This document shows positions 54,209 to 64,000 of a stretch of 64,000 nucleotides of DNA, in pieces; position 1 is the first letter of the stretch; the number at the start of each line of letters is the position of its first letter. Below the pieces are notes generated by a model, which was not told the DNA's origin, made no database searches, and worked only from the letters and a program-made list of their open reading frames with translations. The DNA lies in NCBI GenBank assembly GCA_003327455.1, contig QOQU01000001.1, forward strand, positions 258,337 through 322,336, in the 5' to 3' direction. The DNA comes from Anaerolineae bacterium. Lineage in GTDB: Bacteria; Chloroflexota; Anaerolineae; Anaerolineales; UBA4823. The position numbers and the translations under genes were made by a program.

Positions 54209-55177
54209 CTACGGGCTGGGTGGACATTGGGGAGGCTCTCCGTTGAGATCGGGTGGATCCAGGCTAAGCAAGCAATTTTTCAGGGTCACATCCCCTTCCT
54301 GAGTCATCGAGAAAAGATACCAGAGTTGTCCTTCCCCTGCGGGAGCAGCGTAACAATTTGCTGAAGATTGTTCTTTGAAGTAAACACACACGGTTGCCTT
54401 TAATTCTGCCAGGGAGGGGATTTGCCCGGCGGAGTAGGTAAAGTTTGCATTGTGAACGGCATAGTGATATTCGGTGGGTGGTTCTCCGCTTTCCAGGGCG
54501 GTGATATCAATGGTTTCCGGACCAGCCCCTTCCCGATAATCGTAGAGCAAGAGTGCATGCGGAAAATCGGTTGCGTTACCGCGATTATCATAATAAAGCA
54601 TCAGATTGCCTGTTTGATGTTTAATGAAAAGATAGGCATCCAGGTCATTGTCTATCGGATTTGGAAAATTGGGCAGGGTAAAAGAACGCGTTGCGTCCCA
54701 GGTTAACACTACGCGGCTGACCACATCCTGCAATGGCGGGGAGAGAACAAAATTCAAAGTGACGGTTTGATTGGCAATAGGATAAACGGATTGAGTGAGG
54801 GAAATATAACCTTCTTTCTCAGCCGTAACCTGCCGCTCAGCAATGAAATCCAGGCTGATCGTGTAGCTGCCGTCAGAGGCGGTGGTGGCACATTCCTGAT
54901 ATTGGGTACATACCTTCACTCCTCCAAGTGGGTCTGGCAGGCCATTATTATCCTGGTCACGGGCGTCGACGACTTTGCCTTCAATCCAGGCGCCCAGCCA
55001 GCGAAATTCTTTCATCACCAGGGGAAGATAGAGTTTCTGATTGAGTTCTTGTTGTAAGATATGACCTTTTGCAGGGGTGGGAGCGTTGATCGTCATCAAG
55101 GCGATCAACGTTCCCACGACCAGCAATTTCAGGATCGGCGTTGCTTGCTTCTTCGCCAACCTCCCGCGCAATTGCAT
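54209..55177 (-). CDS. Secreted protein, unknown function (possible carboxypeptidase-regulatory-like beta-sandwich near the N-terminus)
   Basis: Signal peptide; GGVKVCTQ..TTASDGSYTISL segment. Confidence 0.45.
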   Translation of the reverse strand: MQLRGRLAKKQATPILKLLVVGTLIALMTINAPTPAKGHILQQELNQKLYLPLVMKEFRWLGAWIEGKVVDARDQDNNGLPDPLGGVKVCTQYQECATTASDGSYTISLDFIAERQVTAEKEGYISLTQSVYPIANQTVTLNFVLSPPLQDVVSRVVLTWDATRSFTLPNFPNPIDNDLDAYLFIKHQTGNLMLYYDNRGNATDFPHALLLYDYREGAGPETIDITALESGEPPTEYHYAVHNANFTYSAGQIPSLAELKATVCVYFKEQSSANCYAAPAGEGQLWYLFSMTQEGDVTLKNCLLSLDPPDLNGEPPQCPPSP

Positions 55178-55183
55178 CCTGAT

Positions 55184-57382
55184 TTATCCTCCTCCGCCGG
55201 TGGTTGGGCGTGGGGTGCGCGTCGGGGTTGGAGTGGGCGTGCGAGTCGCCTGGGGCGGCGGCTGTGTCCAGGTCGCCGTGGGGGTATTGGTGATCAGCGG
55301 TGTTTCGGTCGGGGTTGGCGTGCGGGTGGGCGTGCGCGTTGGGGTAGTGGTGCGCGTGGGTGTGTTGGTTGGGGTGGGAGTCAGTGAGGGTTTGGGTGTC
55401 ACGGTCGGGGTGAGCGTGATGGTGGGGGTGAGCGTCACGGTGGGTGTCCGCGTCGGAGTCAAAGTAATGGTCGGCGTAGAGGTGCGGGTCGGCGTGCGCG
55501 TAATCGTGGGAGTCAGGGTGATCGTTGAGGTGGGCGTGATCGTTGGCGTACGGGTCGACGTGCGCGTGATGGTTGGGGTGAGCGTGCGGGTCGGTGTGGG
55601 CGTGATGGTCGGGGTGAAGGTAATGGTCGGGGTGCGCGTGATGGTGGGGGTGAGCGTGATGGTTGGCGTGCGCGTAATGGTCGGGGTAGGGGTGATGGTG
55701 CGGGTGGGAGTGCGGGTAGGTGTCAAAATGTACACATTAAAGATGCGCACCACGCGAGTGTAATGGTAGAGAGGATTGCCATCCCGATCGAGAGCCTGGA
55801 TGCTGATCGAATACGTTCCATTTTGAATTGTTTGCGTACTGTTCGGCCAGCGATCGCCCAGTGTGCGAGTCGTGCAATTCGCTCCCGATTGTCCAAAGAG
55901 GCAATACGGGGCAGCGGTATCCGTCTGGTACCCCACCACACTGCCCAGTTGATTGCGCACCACGAAGTACACCTGTTCAATTTGTCCATCGGGGTCAACG
56001 GCTGAGGCCGAAATCGAAAATGGCCCGCTGATCGGATTGGCGGGCAGGGTGGGCTGCACCACCGGCCCGTAGCGACCGATCAGGTTAACCGGTGGGCAGT
56101 CAATGCGCACCTGCTCATCCGGCGAGACCATCTGGTAGTTCAATGTGGTGGTGAAATCGCGCCCGTGATAATAGCTGTAATCGAAGGTTTGCGAAAAATT
56201 CAAACCAAACCAGGTGGTCACGTTGGGCAACAACGTCCAGACATCGCCGCTGAAGCCGCTGTGAGCGACGTTAAAGCCGGGCAGCAGGGGGACATCTGGG
56301 CGGTCATCGATCAGCGCAGATTCACGCGTATAACCCTGGAAGACTTTTGCAGGCGGCGTGGGGGTCAATTCATCGTGCCAGCCGCCGCTCCAGCTCGAGT
56401 TCATCCCGCTCAGGGCAGCGCTGTAATAGGGGTCATTGTTGCGGATATCAAAGGCGACGTCGAAATGATCCAGTCCGTAATTCCAGACTTCAACCTGATT
56501 ACAATCTGCGGTAGGCGTCGGACTGGGGGTAAAGGTAGAGGTAGGCGTAGGTGAGGGGGTAGGGGTGTTGGTTGGGCTGGGTGAGGGCGTCGGACTTTGG
56601 GTTGGGGTTGGACTCTCGGTTGGAGTAGGCGTCTCGCTGGGGGTAGGGGTATTGGTTGGGGTGCGGGTGAAATAGATCGAGATGTCCGGAGGTAATCCCA
56701 GCACGCGGGCGACACGGAACTGTTCCAGAATGCCCGAGCGTTCTGCTCGCAGACGTAAGCTGGGCCAGAGATTGCTCAGGAACGGCAGGATTAAGGGATG
56801 TTGAAAGGTCACCGAAACGATCACCCGCGTTTGACCCTCTTCGGGGTTGCCTGGATCGTCTTCGAACGCGTCGCTGACGATATTGCGACAACGACCATTG
56901 GGACGATCAAAGGCGTAACCGCTGCGCGTGCTGCACACCGAGACCAGCAGATAGCCGGGGGTTTGTTCCCCTTCGGGGGGCGTGCCCATCAAGAAGCCAC
57001 GCACAATATCCTCGTAATAAGCCACCGGGATGGAGCCGGTCTGGTTGAGGACTTCATCATAAATCGAGAGCAGGCGGGCATGGTCTTCTTCGGCGATCCT
57101 GGCTGCCCCGGCACAGGGGCCATCCACCCCCTGGGCGTCCGGACCATCATCGGTGTCCTCACAGTATTCGGGTTTGTATTCGCCGGTCACCGCATAACGC
57201 ACCCCAAAGCGGGCCGCATTGCTGATCACCAGGTAGGACTGATAGACGCGCGCAAACTCGATAATGCCAAAGATCGTCAATAACAGGATCGGCAGCACCA
57301 GGGCAAACTCGGTGATTGCCTGACCGCGTCGCCGCTGTCGCCTGTGGGTTGAAAAGAAGAGAGAAGCGTTTTGTCTATCCAT
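55184..57382 (-). CDS. Giant TadE-like pseudopilin: N-terminal TadE motif, about 350-aa globular region and two Thr/Pro-rich repeat tracts
   Basis: [29 protein letters not shown] (G/XXXXEF prepilin-type site); C-terminal about 190 aa of [12 protein letters not shown] hexapeptide repeats. Confidence 0.7.
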   Translation of the reverse strand: MDRQNASLFFSTHRRQRRRGQAITEFALVLPILLLTIFGIIEFARVYQSYLVISNAARFGVRYAVTGEYKPEYCEDTDDGPDAQGVDGPCAGAARIAEEDHARLLSIYDEVLNQTGSIPVAYYEDIVRGFLMGTPPEGEQTPGYLLVSVCSTRSGYAFDRPNGRCRNIVSDAFEDDPGNPEEGQTRVIVSVTFQHPLILPFLSNLWPSLRLRAERSGILEQFRVARVLGLPPDISIYFTRTPTNTPTPSETPTPTESPTPTQSPTPSPSPTNTPTPSPTPTSTFTPSPTPTADCNQVEVWNYGLDHFDVAFDIRNNDPYYSAALSGMNSSWSGGWHDELTPTPPAKVFQGYTRESALIDDRPDVPLLPGFNVAHSGFSGDVWTLLPNVTTWFGLNFSQTFDYSYYHGRDFTTTLNYQMVSPDEQVRIDCPPVNLIGRYGPVVQPTLPANPISGPFSISASAVDPDGQIEQVYFVVRNQLGSVVGYQTDTAAPYCLFGQSGANCTTRTLGDRWPNSTQTIQNGTYSISIQALDRDGNPLYHYTRVVRIFNVYILTPTRTPTRTITPTPTITRTPTITLTPTITRTPTITFTPTITPTPTRTLTPTITRTSTRTPTITPTSTITLTPTITRTPTRTSTPTITLTPTRTPTVTLTPTITLTPTVTPKPSLTPTPTNTPTRTTTPTRTPTRTPTPTETPLITNTPTATWTQPPPQATRTPTPTPTRTPRPTTGGGG

Positions 57383-57400
57383 CCTGCACCGCCTTCCCGA

Positions 57401-59290
57401 TTAATGCACCAGACGGGTAAAGATGCGCGAGGCAATGTCTTCAAAGATGCGGGTTAGCTGGCTACCGGTGGGCGAGAAGTAATAATTGCCGCACCATTGC
57501 TTGTATTCATTAACGCTGTCATAGTAATCTTTACAGGGGTCGTTTTTCAAGCGCGGGTCACCGGCATAGCCAACGCGGGCAATATAGCGCAAGAGATCAG
57601 CGCCATAGGGTCGGCCCTCGACCTCATTAATGGTATTAATGACCTCATCACCCAAGCCGATGGCAAAGATTACGGCACCTTGACCGCGATAGGCGCTGCC
57701 GTCCAACTGACGGCAGGGGTTACACCTGCCCGAGTCCAGGCAGGCATGATCTTCCGTGCCAGGTGGGATGATATGCCCGGGCTCGGCGTCACCCAGAGCC
57801 AGACAGCCGACGAAGTCCGCCATATCGCGGGCATAGTCATCGGCATCGTAGTTGGGTCCACTGCGATGACGGGTAGTGACATCCTGATCCTGACACAAGG
57901 GTAAATCGTCCAATTCCATAGACGATTGAGGACAGAAGCCAACCGGGTAGGTATTGTAGTCGTTGATGTTATCATCTTCCTGGCGGTCGGTGGCATTTGC
58001 CATGCCATCGGTTAGCAGGACAACTACCCAAAGGGCGTCTTCGCGCGGGTTCAGGGCAAACATATTGCCGGCCAGCTTCAGCCCCCCGCCAATGTTGGTG
58101 GTGGCTTGATAAGACCAGTCGCCGGTCTCCCAGCAAGAGTTGCAATCAAAAAAGCCGGAATAGAAAGCGTCTTCTGGAGCGATATAGCCTGGGTCAGAAG
58201 TATTGGTCGGGGGATAGGCGAAACTTTCCGGCGCATAGTACAGGCAGGGACCCTTCTCAATCAGCATGGTGCCACCAGGATTGTTGCGGGGGTCAAAGCA
58301 ATAGCCAGGCTGACCAGGATTATTGGGATTGCGCAGGTCAGAGGCTTTCAAGCCGCGAATCAGGTCCTCGGCTTCGGCACGGTTTTTAATCCAACCGTTG
58401 GTGCGCACAAAGGTACCCAGGTCCTGCCAGTTCTGGCGGTAATGAGCGCCGCCCGGCTGATTCGTCACCCATCCATTGGCAAAGGTGACGATCGCCAGGC
58501 GGTCTTCCTCTAAGGCTTCCGGCTTATCCAGAATGCGCCCGACGAAGGTCAGGGCTGCCCGTTTGACTTCCTCGAACGGATGACACTCGCCGGGATAGCC
58601 GTCGCTTCCGCTCGGGTCGAGGTAATTGCACACCGACGGGTCGCGCAGGCAAAAGAAATGCGGGTCACCGGGTCCGGGAATCGGCAATTCCCCGTTGATC
58701 AGGCGCTCACAGAGCCTGGGGTCATCCACCCCCGGTCTGAATATGGGGGCGTCGAAGGTCATCGAGTCGGAAATATCGATCACCAGCACCACGTCCACCG
58801 AGGCAGCTTCGGCGATCGAGTTGGCACTTACCCGTAAGGTCTCCACTCCCACCAGATGGAGAAAGATGGTGGGCACATCCAGGTAGGTTGTCACGCGGGC
58901 AAGTTTTCGTCGCGGCGTGGTGCAGAGTTGCGGGTCGCTACCGGCACCTCCACCGCCTGTGCTGGTGCAGTCGCCCCAAAAGACACCGTGGGCATAATTG
59001 CATTCTGCCTCACAGGTCTGGACGGTGACGGTGTACATGTCGGTGGCAATGCCGTTTAATTCGATTGCCTCGGCAGCCGCGGCAGTCAGGTCTTGCAGGT
59101 TGCGCATCTCACGGAATTGTCCCGAAGCTGCCAGCGAAGCCGCATCCACTGCCTGACGCAGATGACCGTAGTAAATGAAAAGCTGACCAACATCGGTGGT
59201 CAAACCGACGATCGCCAGCAGCACCAGAAAAGCCACTCCGACCAGGATCAGTGCCTGACCGGCTTCGCTCTGCCGTCCACGGCGCAGCAT
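57401..59290 (-). CDS. TadG-like protein with a von Willebrand factor A domain (start moved to MLRRGRQ)
   Basis: Tad_N-like GQALILVGVAFLVLLAIVGLTTDVG; MIDAS VDVVLVIDISDSMT. Confidence 0.7.
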   Translation of the reverse strand: MLRRGRQSEAGQALILVGVAFLVLLAIVGLTTDVGQLFIYYGHLRQAVDAASLAASGQFREMRNLQDLTAAAAEAIELNGIATDMYTVTVQTCEAECNYAHGVFWGDCTSTGGGGAGSDPQLCTTPRRKLARVTTYLDVPTIFLHLVGVETLRVSANSIAEAASVDVVLVIDISDSMTFDAPIFRPGVDDPRLCERLINGELPIPGPGDPHFFCLRDPSVCNYLDPSGSDGYPGECHPFEEVKRAALTFVGRILDKPEALEEDRLAIVTFANGWVTNQPGGAHYRQNWQDLGTFVRTNGWIKNRAEAEDLIRGLKASDLRNPNNPGQPGYCFDPRNNPGGTMLIEKGPCLYYAPESFAYPPTNTSDPGYIAPEDAFYSGFFDCNSCWETGDWSYQATTNIGGGLKLAGNMFALNPREDALWVVVLLTDGMANATDRQEDDNINDYNTYPVGFCPQSSMELDDLPLCQDQDVTTRHRSGPNYDADDYARDMADFVGCLALGDAEPGHIIPPGTEDHACLDSGRCNPCRQLDGSAYRGQGAVIFAIGLGDEVINTINEVEGRPYGADLLRYIARVGYAGDPRLKNDPCKDYYDSVNEYKQWCGNYYFSPTGSQLTRIFEDIASRIFTRLVH

Positions 59291-59295
59291 TGACC

Positions 59296-59961
59296 TCAGG
59301 GTTCGGGGGTGGGGGTCGGCTCGGCAGAGCTGTTGGGCATCACTGCAAACGGGCGCAGCAGAATCGGATCGGGTACGAATGCGGTTATCCATGGCAACTT
59401 CAACTTTTGATCATACGAATAATAGAGTTCAACCAGAACGTAGCCGGTGTTGGGGGCAAAACCGCCCAGTCTGGCTTGCATTGCGGCGGTGGAAAAGCTC
59501 GACGACTGGTTGCGCGTGCCGGTGAAATCCTCCGCCATTGACCAGCCTGCCTCACCGACATCGGCGGGAAAGCGAGCTGTAATGGTGCCCCGCGGACCGT
59601 CCACGCTGAAGACGGAAATGATGACATCATCCCTGCCATTGGCGAGATTCAGGCCGACAAACGGGGCCTCGCGGCTCAGTTCGCGGTTGACCAGGCAGGC
59701 GGTTTGGCGATAAAAATCTTTGGTGCTGTTGCAGTCCACGATCATGTCGCGCGAACTGTAATCCGAGTCAGCCGCATAACGGGCAGCGTTGCGCACGGCG
59801 TCTTGAATGGTCATGTATTCATTCAGCAGAAAGCCGAATTCCAGCAAGCCCGAAAGCACAATCAAGAGCACCGGCAAGAGAATGGCTGTTTCCACCAACC
59901 CCTGCCCTTTGGCGAGTCGGCTGTTAAACACAAATCCTCGGCGGAATTTAGACGCCTTCAT
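59296..59961 (-). CDS. TadE-like pseudopilin
   Basis: KGQGLVETAILLPVLLIVLSGLLEFG N-terminus. Confidence 0.7.
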   Translation of the reverse strand: MKASKFRRGFVFNSRLAKGQGLVETAILLPVLLIVLSGLLEFGFLLNEYMTIQDAVRNAARYAADSDYSSRDMIVDCNSTKDFYRQTACLVNRELSREAPFVGLNLANGRDDVIISVFSVDGPRGTITARFPADVGEAGWSMAEDFTGTRNQSSSFSTAAMQARLGGFAPNTGYVLVELYYSYDQKLKLPWITAFVPDPILLRPFAVMPNSSAEPTPTPEP

Positions 59962-60106
59962 GTTTTGATTATAGGAAACTTCTCGTTAAAAAACAAGGAT
60001 TTTGCCTAACAAATTTGAAAAGAATACGTAACAATGTTATTATAGTTGCGTTAAGTATACCCTGAATCGTTTTTGACCGTATCGTTTCCTGTCTGCTAGC
60101 ACTTTC

Positions 60107-60283
60107 GGAGAGGGAATCAAACTCCCCTCGTCCAACGGGAGAGGGGCTGGGGGTGAGGGCATTCTCCCCTCGCCTCGTGGGAGAGGGGTTGGGGGTGAGG
60201 GCACTATCCCCTCGCCCAGCAGGAGAGGGGTCGGGGGTGAGGGTTTCCCCTCGCTCAACGGGCGAGGGGGCGGGGGTAAGGGC
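60107..60283. repeat. 'GEG' elements: about 4 tandem half-units CCCCTCGCCCnnnnGGGAGAGGGGnnGGGGGTGAGGG
   Basis: Read directly, period about 46 bp. Confidence 0.85.
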
Positions 60284-60378
60284 TGCTCCCCCAGGTTAGC
60301 CTGCAAGGCTTTCACGGATTCAGGCAGGGCTTCAGCCCACCGAAAAGGTCACCCATCGCACCTGGACGCCTGGGTTCT

Positions 60379-60581
60379 TATCCCTCACCCTAACCCTCTC
60401 CCTAATGGAGAGGGAATCCATCTCCCCTCGCCCTGTGGGAGAGGGGGCGGGGGTGAGGGTCTCTTCCCTCGCCCTATGGGAGAGAAGACGGGGGTGAGGG
60501 TTTCCCCTCGCCCCATGGGAGAGGGGCCGGGGGTGAGGGCACTTTCCCCTCGCCCAACGGGCGAGGGGAGGGGGGTGAGGG
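60379..60581. repeat. 'GEG' elements: one full unit plus about 3 half-units
   Basis: atCCCTCACCCtaaCCCTCTCCCtaatGGAGAGGG... followed by repeated CCCTCGCCCnnnGGGAGAGnnnnGGGGGTGAGGG. Confidence 0.85.
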
Positions 60582-60753
60582 CTTCGTCGCGTGGCAGAGG
60601 GGTAAATTCGGGGGTAAGTGCTTCCTCAGGCGAGGAGGAGTGACGGCGATCTGAATGCGGGCGCAAACCCGCAAGGGTTGGGGCGGGCAGAGGCAGGGCT
60701 CTAGCCCGCCGTGAGAGTCAAGGAGATGTCTCGCACCAGGCAGTTGCGATCGC

Positions 60754-62055
60754 TTACCGATTCAGGCTCAGAGAGGGCGATTTCCAGAAGATTTCATTCT
60801 CGTTATAGGTCACTTTAAGGCTTCCGTTGCCTGCGTTCACCACAGATTTGGCGATGATCTGCCCGACCACCTGGGTTTCATCGGGATTTTCACCACCTCC
60901 CTTTGCTCGGATCGTGGCATTCAAACCATAGATCAAGCCATGCACAGCATCGCCACCATTGCCGCGCACATCGATTGTAGAAGTGTTATTGCGGGCAACA
61001 AAAATGACGATTCCAACGTACGTACAGCTTGCCGTACGCTCGCCTGCAGTCCCCAGGCAGTTTGAAGTATTCGGGGCAGTCAGGCGCATCCCTCCATTGC
61101 CCGTGATTTGCATACCCCCATTGATAAAATACAACACTACTCCATCCCCCTCGATTGTGTCACTTCCTGCAAGTTTTAGGTCGCCGCTGATGCAATAGAT
61201 GCCCGGCTGGTATAGCCCTGGACCTAGATCTTTGCCGTCAAAACTGCCTGGCGAGTAAACCGGCACAGGGCCGCTGTTGTCCTTAGAACCACTTGTTGCA
61301 CATTGTGGTTCGGGTAAGTCGGCTAAGGGGTCTGAAATCGGCTCACCCCAGTTCAATCCCGTTTCGATCGGGTTGGGGCTGACTTTTGGATTGCCGCTAT
61401 AATCCACCGAACCCACGCTGGCGATTTTTGCTCCGTCATGAGCCACGATCCCCACCGATCCCACTGAGGTGGGGGGGCTCAAAGGGCACTTATTGGAGGA
61501 TGTGGGTGAGTTCACGAACATCCCCCCCTGCCAGGTCTCCACGCCTCCATCCACGCCTCCACCTTCCACTCCGATTAACGGGCTACCGCTGCAATCTGGA
61601 TTCATGGCCACAATGGCATAGCCCGGCAGAGCCGGTTGACTCTGATACGCCTTCGCAACGGCCTGCACCTGGATTTGTAAGGGGCCCTGGTATACGAAGT
61701 GCGCGAATGTGCTTTCAAGGGTAGAAGTAATCGTGGCTGTCACCAGATAATACTTACCAAAGAGGTCAGTAAAGGGCCCACCAATCGCTCCGCTGACTTG
61801 CGCACCGCTATAGCCATTGCTCGCCGCGCTGGCAAGCACGGCCTGGAGGACCACCGAATCGGCTTGTTTATTCGCCTTTTGCAAAGCGCCAGCCAGCGAA
61901 GCTGCATCGGCTGAATTTTGAGCGTGACGGCGTTCGCTATATAAACGACCACCATCGATCGCCAGGGCTGCAAACCCCAGCAGCGCGACCATTGCCAGCA
62001 CCAACAGGACAATGGCTTGACCGCTTTCGTGGGAATGAAAACGCCGGTTCTTCAT
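60754..62055 (-). CDS. TadG-like (Tad_N) secreted/pilus-associated protein
   Basis: SGQAIVLLVLAMVALLGFAALAIDGGRLYSERRHAQNSADAASLAGA N-terminus. Confidence 0.65.
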   Translation of the reverse strand: MKNRRFHSHESGQAIVLLVLAMVALLGFAALAIDGGRLYSERRHAQNSADAASLAGALQKANKQADSVVLQAVLASAASNGYSGAQVSGAIGGPFTDLFGKYYLVTATITSTLESTFAHFVYQGPLQIQVQAVAKAYQSQPALPGYAIVAMNPDCSGSPLIGVEGGGVDGGVETWQGGMFVNSPTSSNKCPLSPPTSVGSVGIVAHDGAKIASVGSVDYSGNPKVSPNPIETGLNWGEPISDPLADLPEPQCATSGSKDNSGPVPVYSPGSFDGKDLGPGLYQPGIYCISGDLKLAGSDTIEGDGVVLYFINGGMQITGNGGMRLTAPNTSNCLGTAGERTASCTYVGIVIFVARNNTSTIDVRGNGGDAVHGLIYGLNATIRAKGGGENPDETQVVGQIIAKSVVNAGNGSLKVTYNENEIFWKSPSLSLNR

Positions 62056-62092
62056 CTTTCGCTCTCCTTGTCTTCCCAGTTATCCAATCCTC

Positions 62093-62572
62093 TCAAGGAC
62101 AGGCTTTGTTGCGCAAAATTGTGTCCGTCACTTCAGCCCGCAAGGTGATGGTCTGGGTACCCAGAAAGGTGCCCATAAAGGGCATGGTGATCACAAAATT
62201 GCGGTAGATCGCCCGCACCCGAATGCCGTTGCCTGGCGCAGGAACTGTTCCGCCACAGGGGGTTTCCCCACTCTCGGTGAGGTAATGACATTCCACCTCA
62301 ATATTGGGGTCGTTTTGCAAATCCAGCGGCGCATTGGAACTGCTCCGCAAACGCGCTTCGATGGCAGCCGCATCTTGAGGACAGATTGAGCCATAAACCG
62401 CTGCCTCCTGGGCGGCATCCCGTAGGGCGATATAAGAAAAAAACGCCCGCCCCAGGTCAACGATCCCAACTAACAGAATCAACAAAATCACTCCCCCCAC
62501 GGAAAATTCCGTCAAACTCTGTCCGCGCTCGCTTTTTTTGTATTTCATCGCATCTCTCCTTTCTGCGCTCAC
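62093..62572 (-). CDS. TadE-like pseudopilin
   Basis: RGQSLTEFSVGGVILLILLVGIVDLGRAF N-terminus (G/XXXXEF). Confidence 0.7.
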   Translation of the reverse strand: MSAERRDAMKYKKSERGQSLTEFSVGGVILLILLVGIVDLGRAFFSYIALRDAAQEAAVYGSICPQDAAAIEARLRSSSNAPLDLQNDPNIEVECHYLTESGETPCGGTVPAPGNGIRVRAIYRNFVITMPFMGTFLGTQTITLRAEVTDTILRNKACP

Positions 62573-64000
62573 TGACGGAGGATCAAGGGTAGATAGAGGG
62601 GTGCAGGGGGAAACGGCGCATTGCCCTGTCCGCAGGCGCTGATGAGCACTTTTGGGAACAGCCCCGCCCCAGCATAAAAGATCATTGGTGAAGTCAGCAC
62701 CTCTAATCCTCCTTCGCCTTGCGCAGCGACGGTTAGAAAGGCATAATAGAGGTAATCGTCCTCTTCGGCGTCTTTCCAGGTCACAACCACGGAATCAGAG
62801 GAGACAGCCGTGATCGAGACGTTTTCGGTCTTGCGCAGTTCGTAGGGAACACGGAGTTCCAGCGCTGCCTCGCCTATCGGTGTAAAGGAGGGGCTTTGCA
62901 AGCGGCGCACGTTCGTTTGCCCGCGCGTGTCATCTGTCCAGGCCACAATCACATCTCCATTCTCTAACCGAACGCCATCTGCCCGCCAGCCTTGTCCGAT
63001 GGCAAAGGAAGGGCCGGAAAGCGCGCCATCTTGCTGCAGAAGCACTCCCTTAAGAGTATTGCTGCTGCCCGCCTGTTCGGTGTAGAGCAGCAGCGCCTGC
63101 TGCCCTTCCAGGCAGACCAGGGCGGGTTGGGAATAGCTCGTTTGAGCATCGGCGAGCAAAGTTTGTACTGTGCCTGCATTTCCCGCTGCATCGATCACGA
63201 CGGACTGGATCTCGCGCCTGCCGCTTGCCGCAGGCGTTTTTTCCCAAACCAGAAGCCAGGCTTCAGGATTTTGTAAGCCACACAAATGGGGAGAAGAATA
63301 CCTGTCCAAATTGGAGATGGGTTGACCACTTTGTTTTGTGATATTTTGCGGACTTCCGATAGAGTTGCCCTGCTGATCAAACTGTAAAAAGTAGATATTG
63401 GCGGTAAATTCTTCCTCCGTAACGAATGACTGATTGCGAACCCAAACCATTCCGACCCGCCCAGCCTCGGATTGAGCGACGCTGGGTTCGCGATCAAAAA
63501 TAAAGGAGTTTTCTGCATGAGTGGTAACCATGCGGGGTTGGGCAAAAAGCTTCTTTCCCTCTACAGAAAACACCTGATAGGCGAGGGCAGCATATCCTGT
63601 GCCATTCACTTCCCAGACAAGCGGATAAAAGCCGCCCTTTCCCTCGCCCATCGCCATGGCGCTGCCGGTGAAATCGGCTTCCACCTGCGACTCTGAAAGG
63701 GTGTTCTCAGCAATCCAATGCAGGTATAGACCGCGCGCGTCATCGGCAAAGAACTGAACAAAACGGGGAGGAACAGCTGCCTGCAGCATTGCCTGGGCGC
63801 GGCCGTTGAGGTCATTCGTAGATTCGACCGTCAAATCGATCTGGGTGTAATTGCCTGGCGGCGCACTGGGGGCGAGGGCGCGAATGGTGATCTCTTCCGT
63901 TGCCCCTGGAGCAACGCCGATTTCAGGCTTGCCATCGTGATCCTCATCGGGTAACAAAGTCTCTCCTGCTAAAAACTGTACTTGCCAGCCTGGAGCTCTC
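62569..64000 (-). CDS. Large hypothetical protein, 5'-truncated by the window edge (frame open to nt 63999)
   Basis: Uninterrupted frame; no motif recognised. The stop overlaps the start of the downstream TadE-like gene. Confidence 0.5.
   Translation of the reverse strand, partial: RAPGWQVQFLAGETLLPDEDHDGKPEIGVAPGATEEITIRALAPSAPPGNYTQIDLTVESTNDLNGRAQAMLQAAVPPRFVQFFADDARGLYLHWIAENTLSESQVEADFTGSAMAMGEGKGGFYPLVWEVNGTGYAALAYQVFSVEGKKLFAQPRMVTTHAENSFIFDREPSVAQSEAGRVGMVWVRNQSFVTEEEFTANIYFLQFDQQGNSIGSPQNITKQSGQPISNLDRYSSPHLCGLQNPEAWLLVWEKTPAASGRREIQSVVIDAAGNAGTVQTLLADAQTSYSQPALVCLEGQQALLLYTEQAGSSNTLKGVLLQQDGALSGPSFAIGQGWRADGVRLENGDVIVAWTDDTRGQTNVRRLQSPSFTPIGEAALELRVPYELRKTENVSITAVSSDSVVVTWKDAEEDDYLYYAFLTVAAQGEGGLEVLTSPMIFYAGAGLFPKVLISACGQGNAPFPPAPLYLPLILRQ

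Noticed and set aside
55077-55763. 228-aa plus-strand ORF made of VGVRVGV repeats
   Set aside because: It is the antisense reading of the Thr/Pro 18-bp repeats of the 55184-57382 gene and is open only because of repeat composition.

Overview
64-kb chromosomal window from a moderately GC-rich bacterium. The gene content looks Chloroflexota/Anaerolineae-like, but that is inference only: TadE/TadG-like pseudopilin genes, GAAC-N4-GTTC SOS boxes, many M20/M28 peptidases. All product calls come from motif recognition in the supplied translations; no database search was possible.

Content, left to right:
- metH (5'-partial) and a YitJ-like Hcy-methyltransferase/MTHFR fusion.
- Small membrane proteins.
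- An orphan CRISPR array with no cas genes in the window.
- mntP, DUF2892 and a thioredoxin-DUF2892 fusion.
- A light-response locus: crtB divergent from crtI, a MerR/B12 CarH/LitR-like regulator and photolyase.
- Clp-fold protease, rhomboid, methyltransferase.
- tRNA-Pro(TGG) followed by a 3.6-kb A+T-richer island bounded by 30-bp copies of the tRNA 3' end.
- M20/M28 peptidases and an FN3 surface protein.
- A truncated RAYT transposase next to REP-like tandem repeats.
- A TetR-led MacB-type ABC/HlyD efflux operon.
- gyrA, tRNA-Arg(GCG), PfkB kinase, DUF1385, YjbQ, two AI-2E transporters, sortase, aspA.
- A cluster of five TadE/TadG-like genes, including a vWA protein and a 732-aa pseudopilin with Thr/Pro repeats.

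Most unusual observations:
1. The tRNA-Pro island has no integrase. It carries a six-gene overlapping module under a Cheo-type SOS box, iteron-like repeats, and a collinear micro-copy of the upstream chromosome.
2. A paralogous SOS-boxed Zn-ribbon gene lies next to gyrA.
3. At least four unrelated palindromic repeat families saturate the intergenic DNA. One copy sits in-frame inside metH.
4. The CRISPR array contains one repeat-spacer unit amplified four times and a trailer invaded by hairpin elements.
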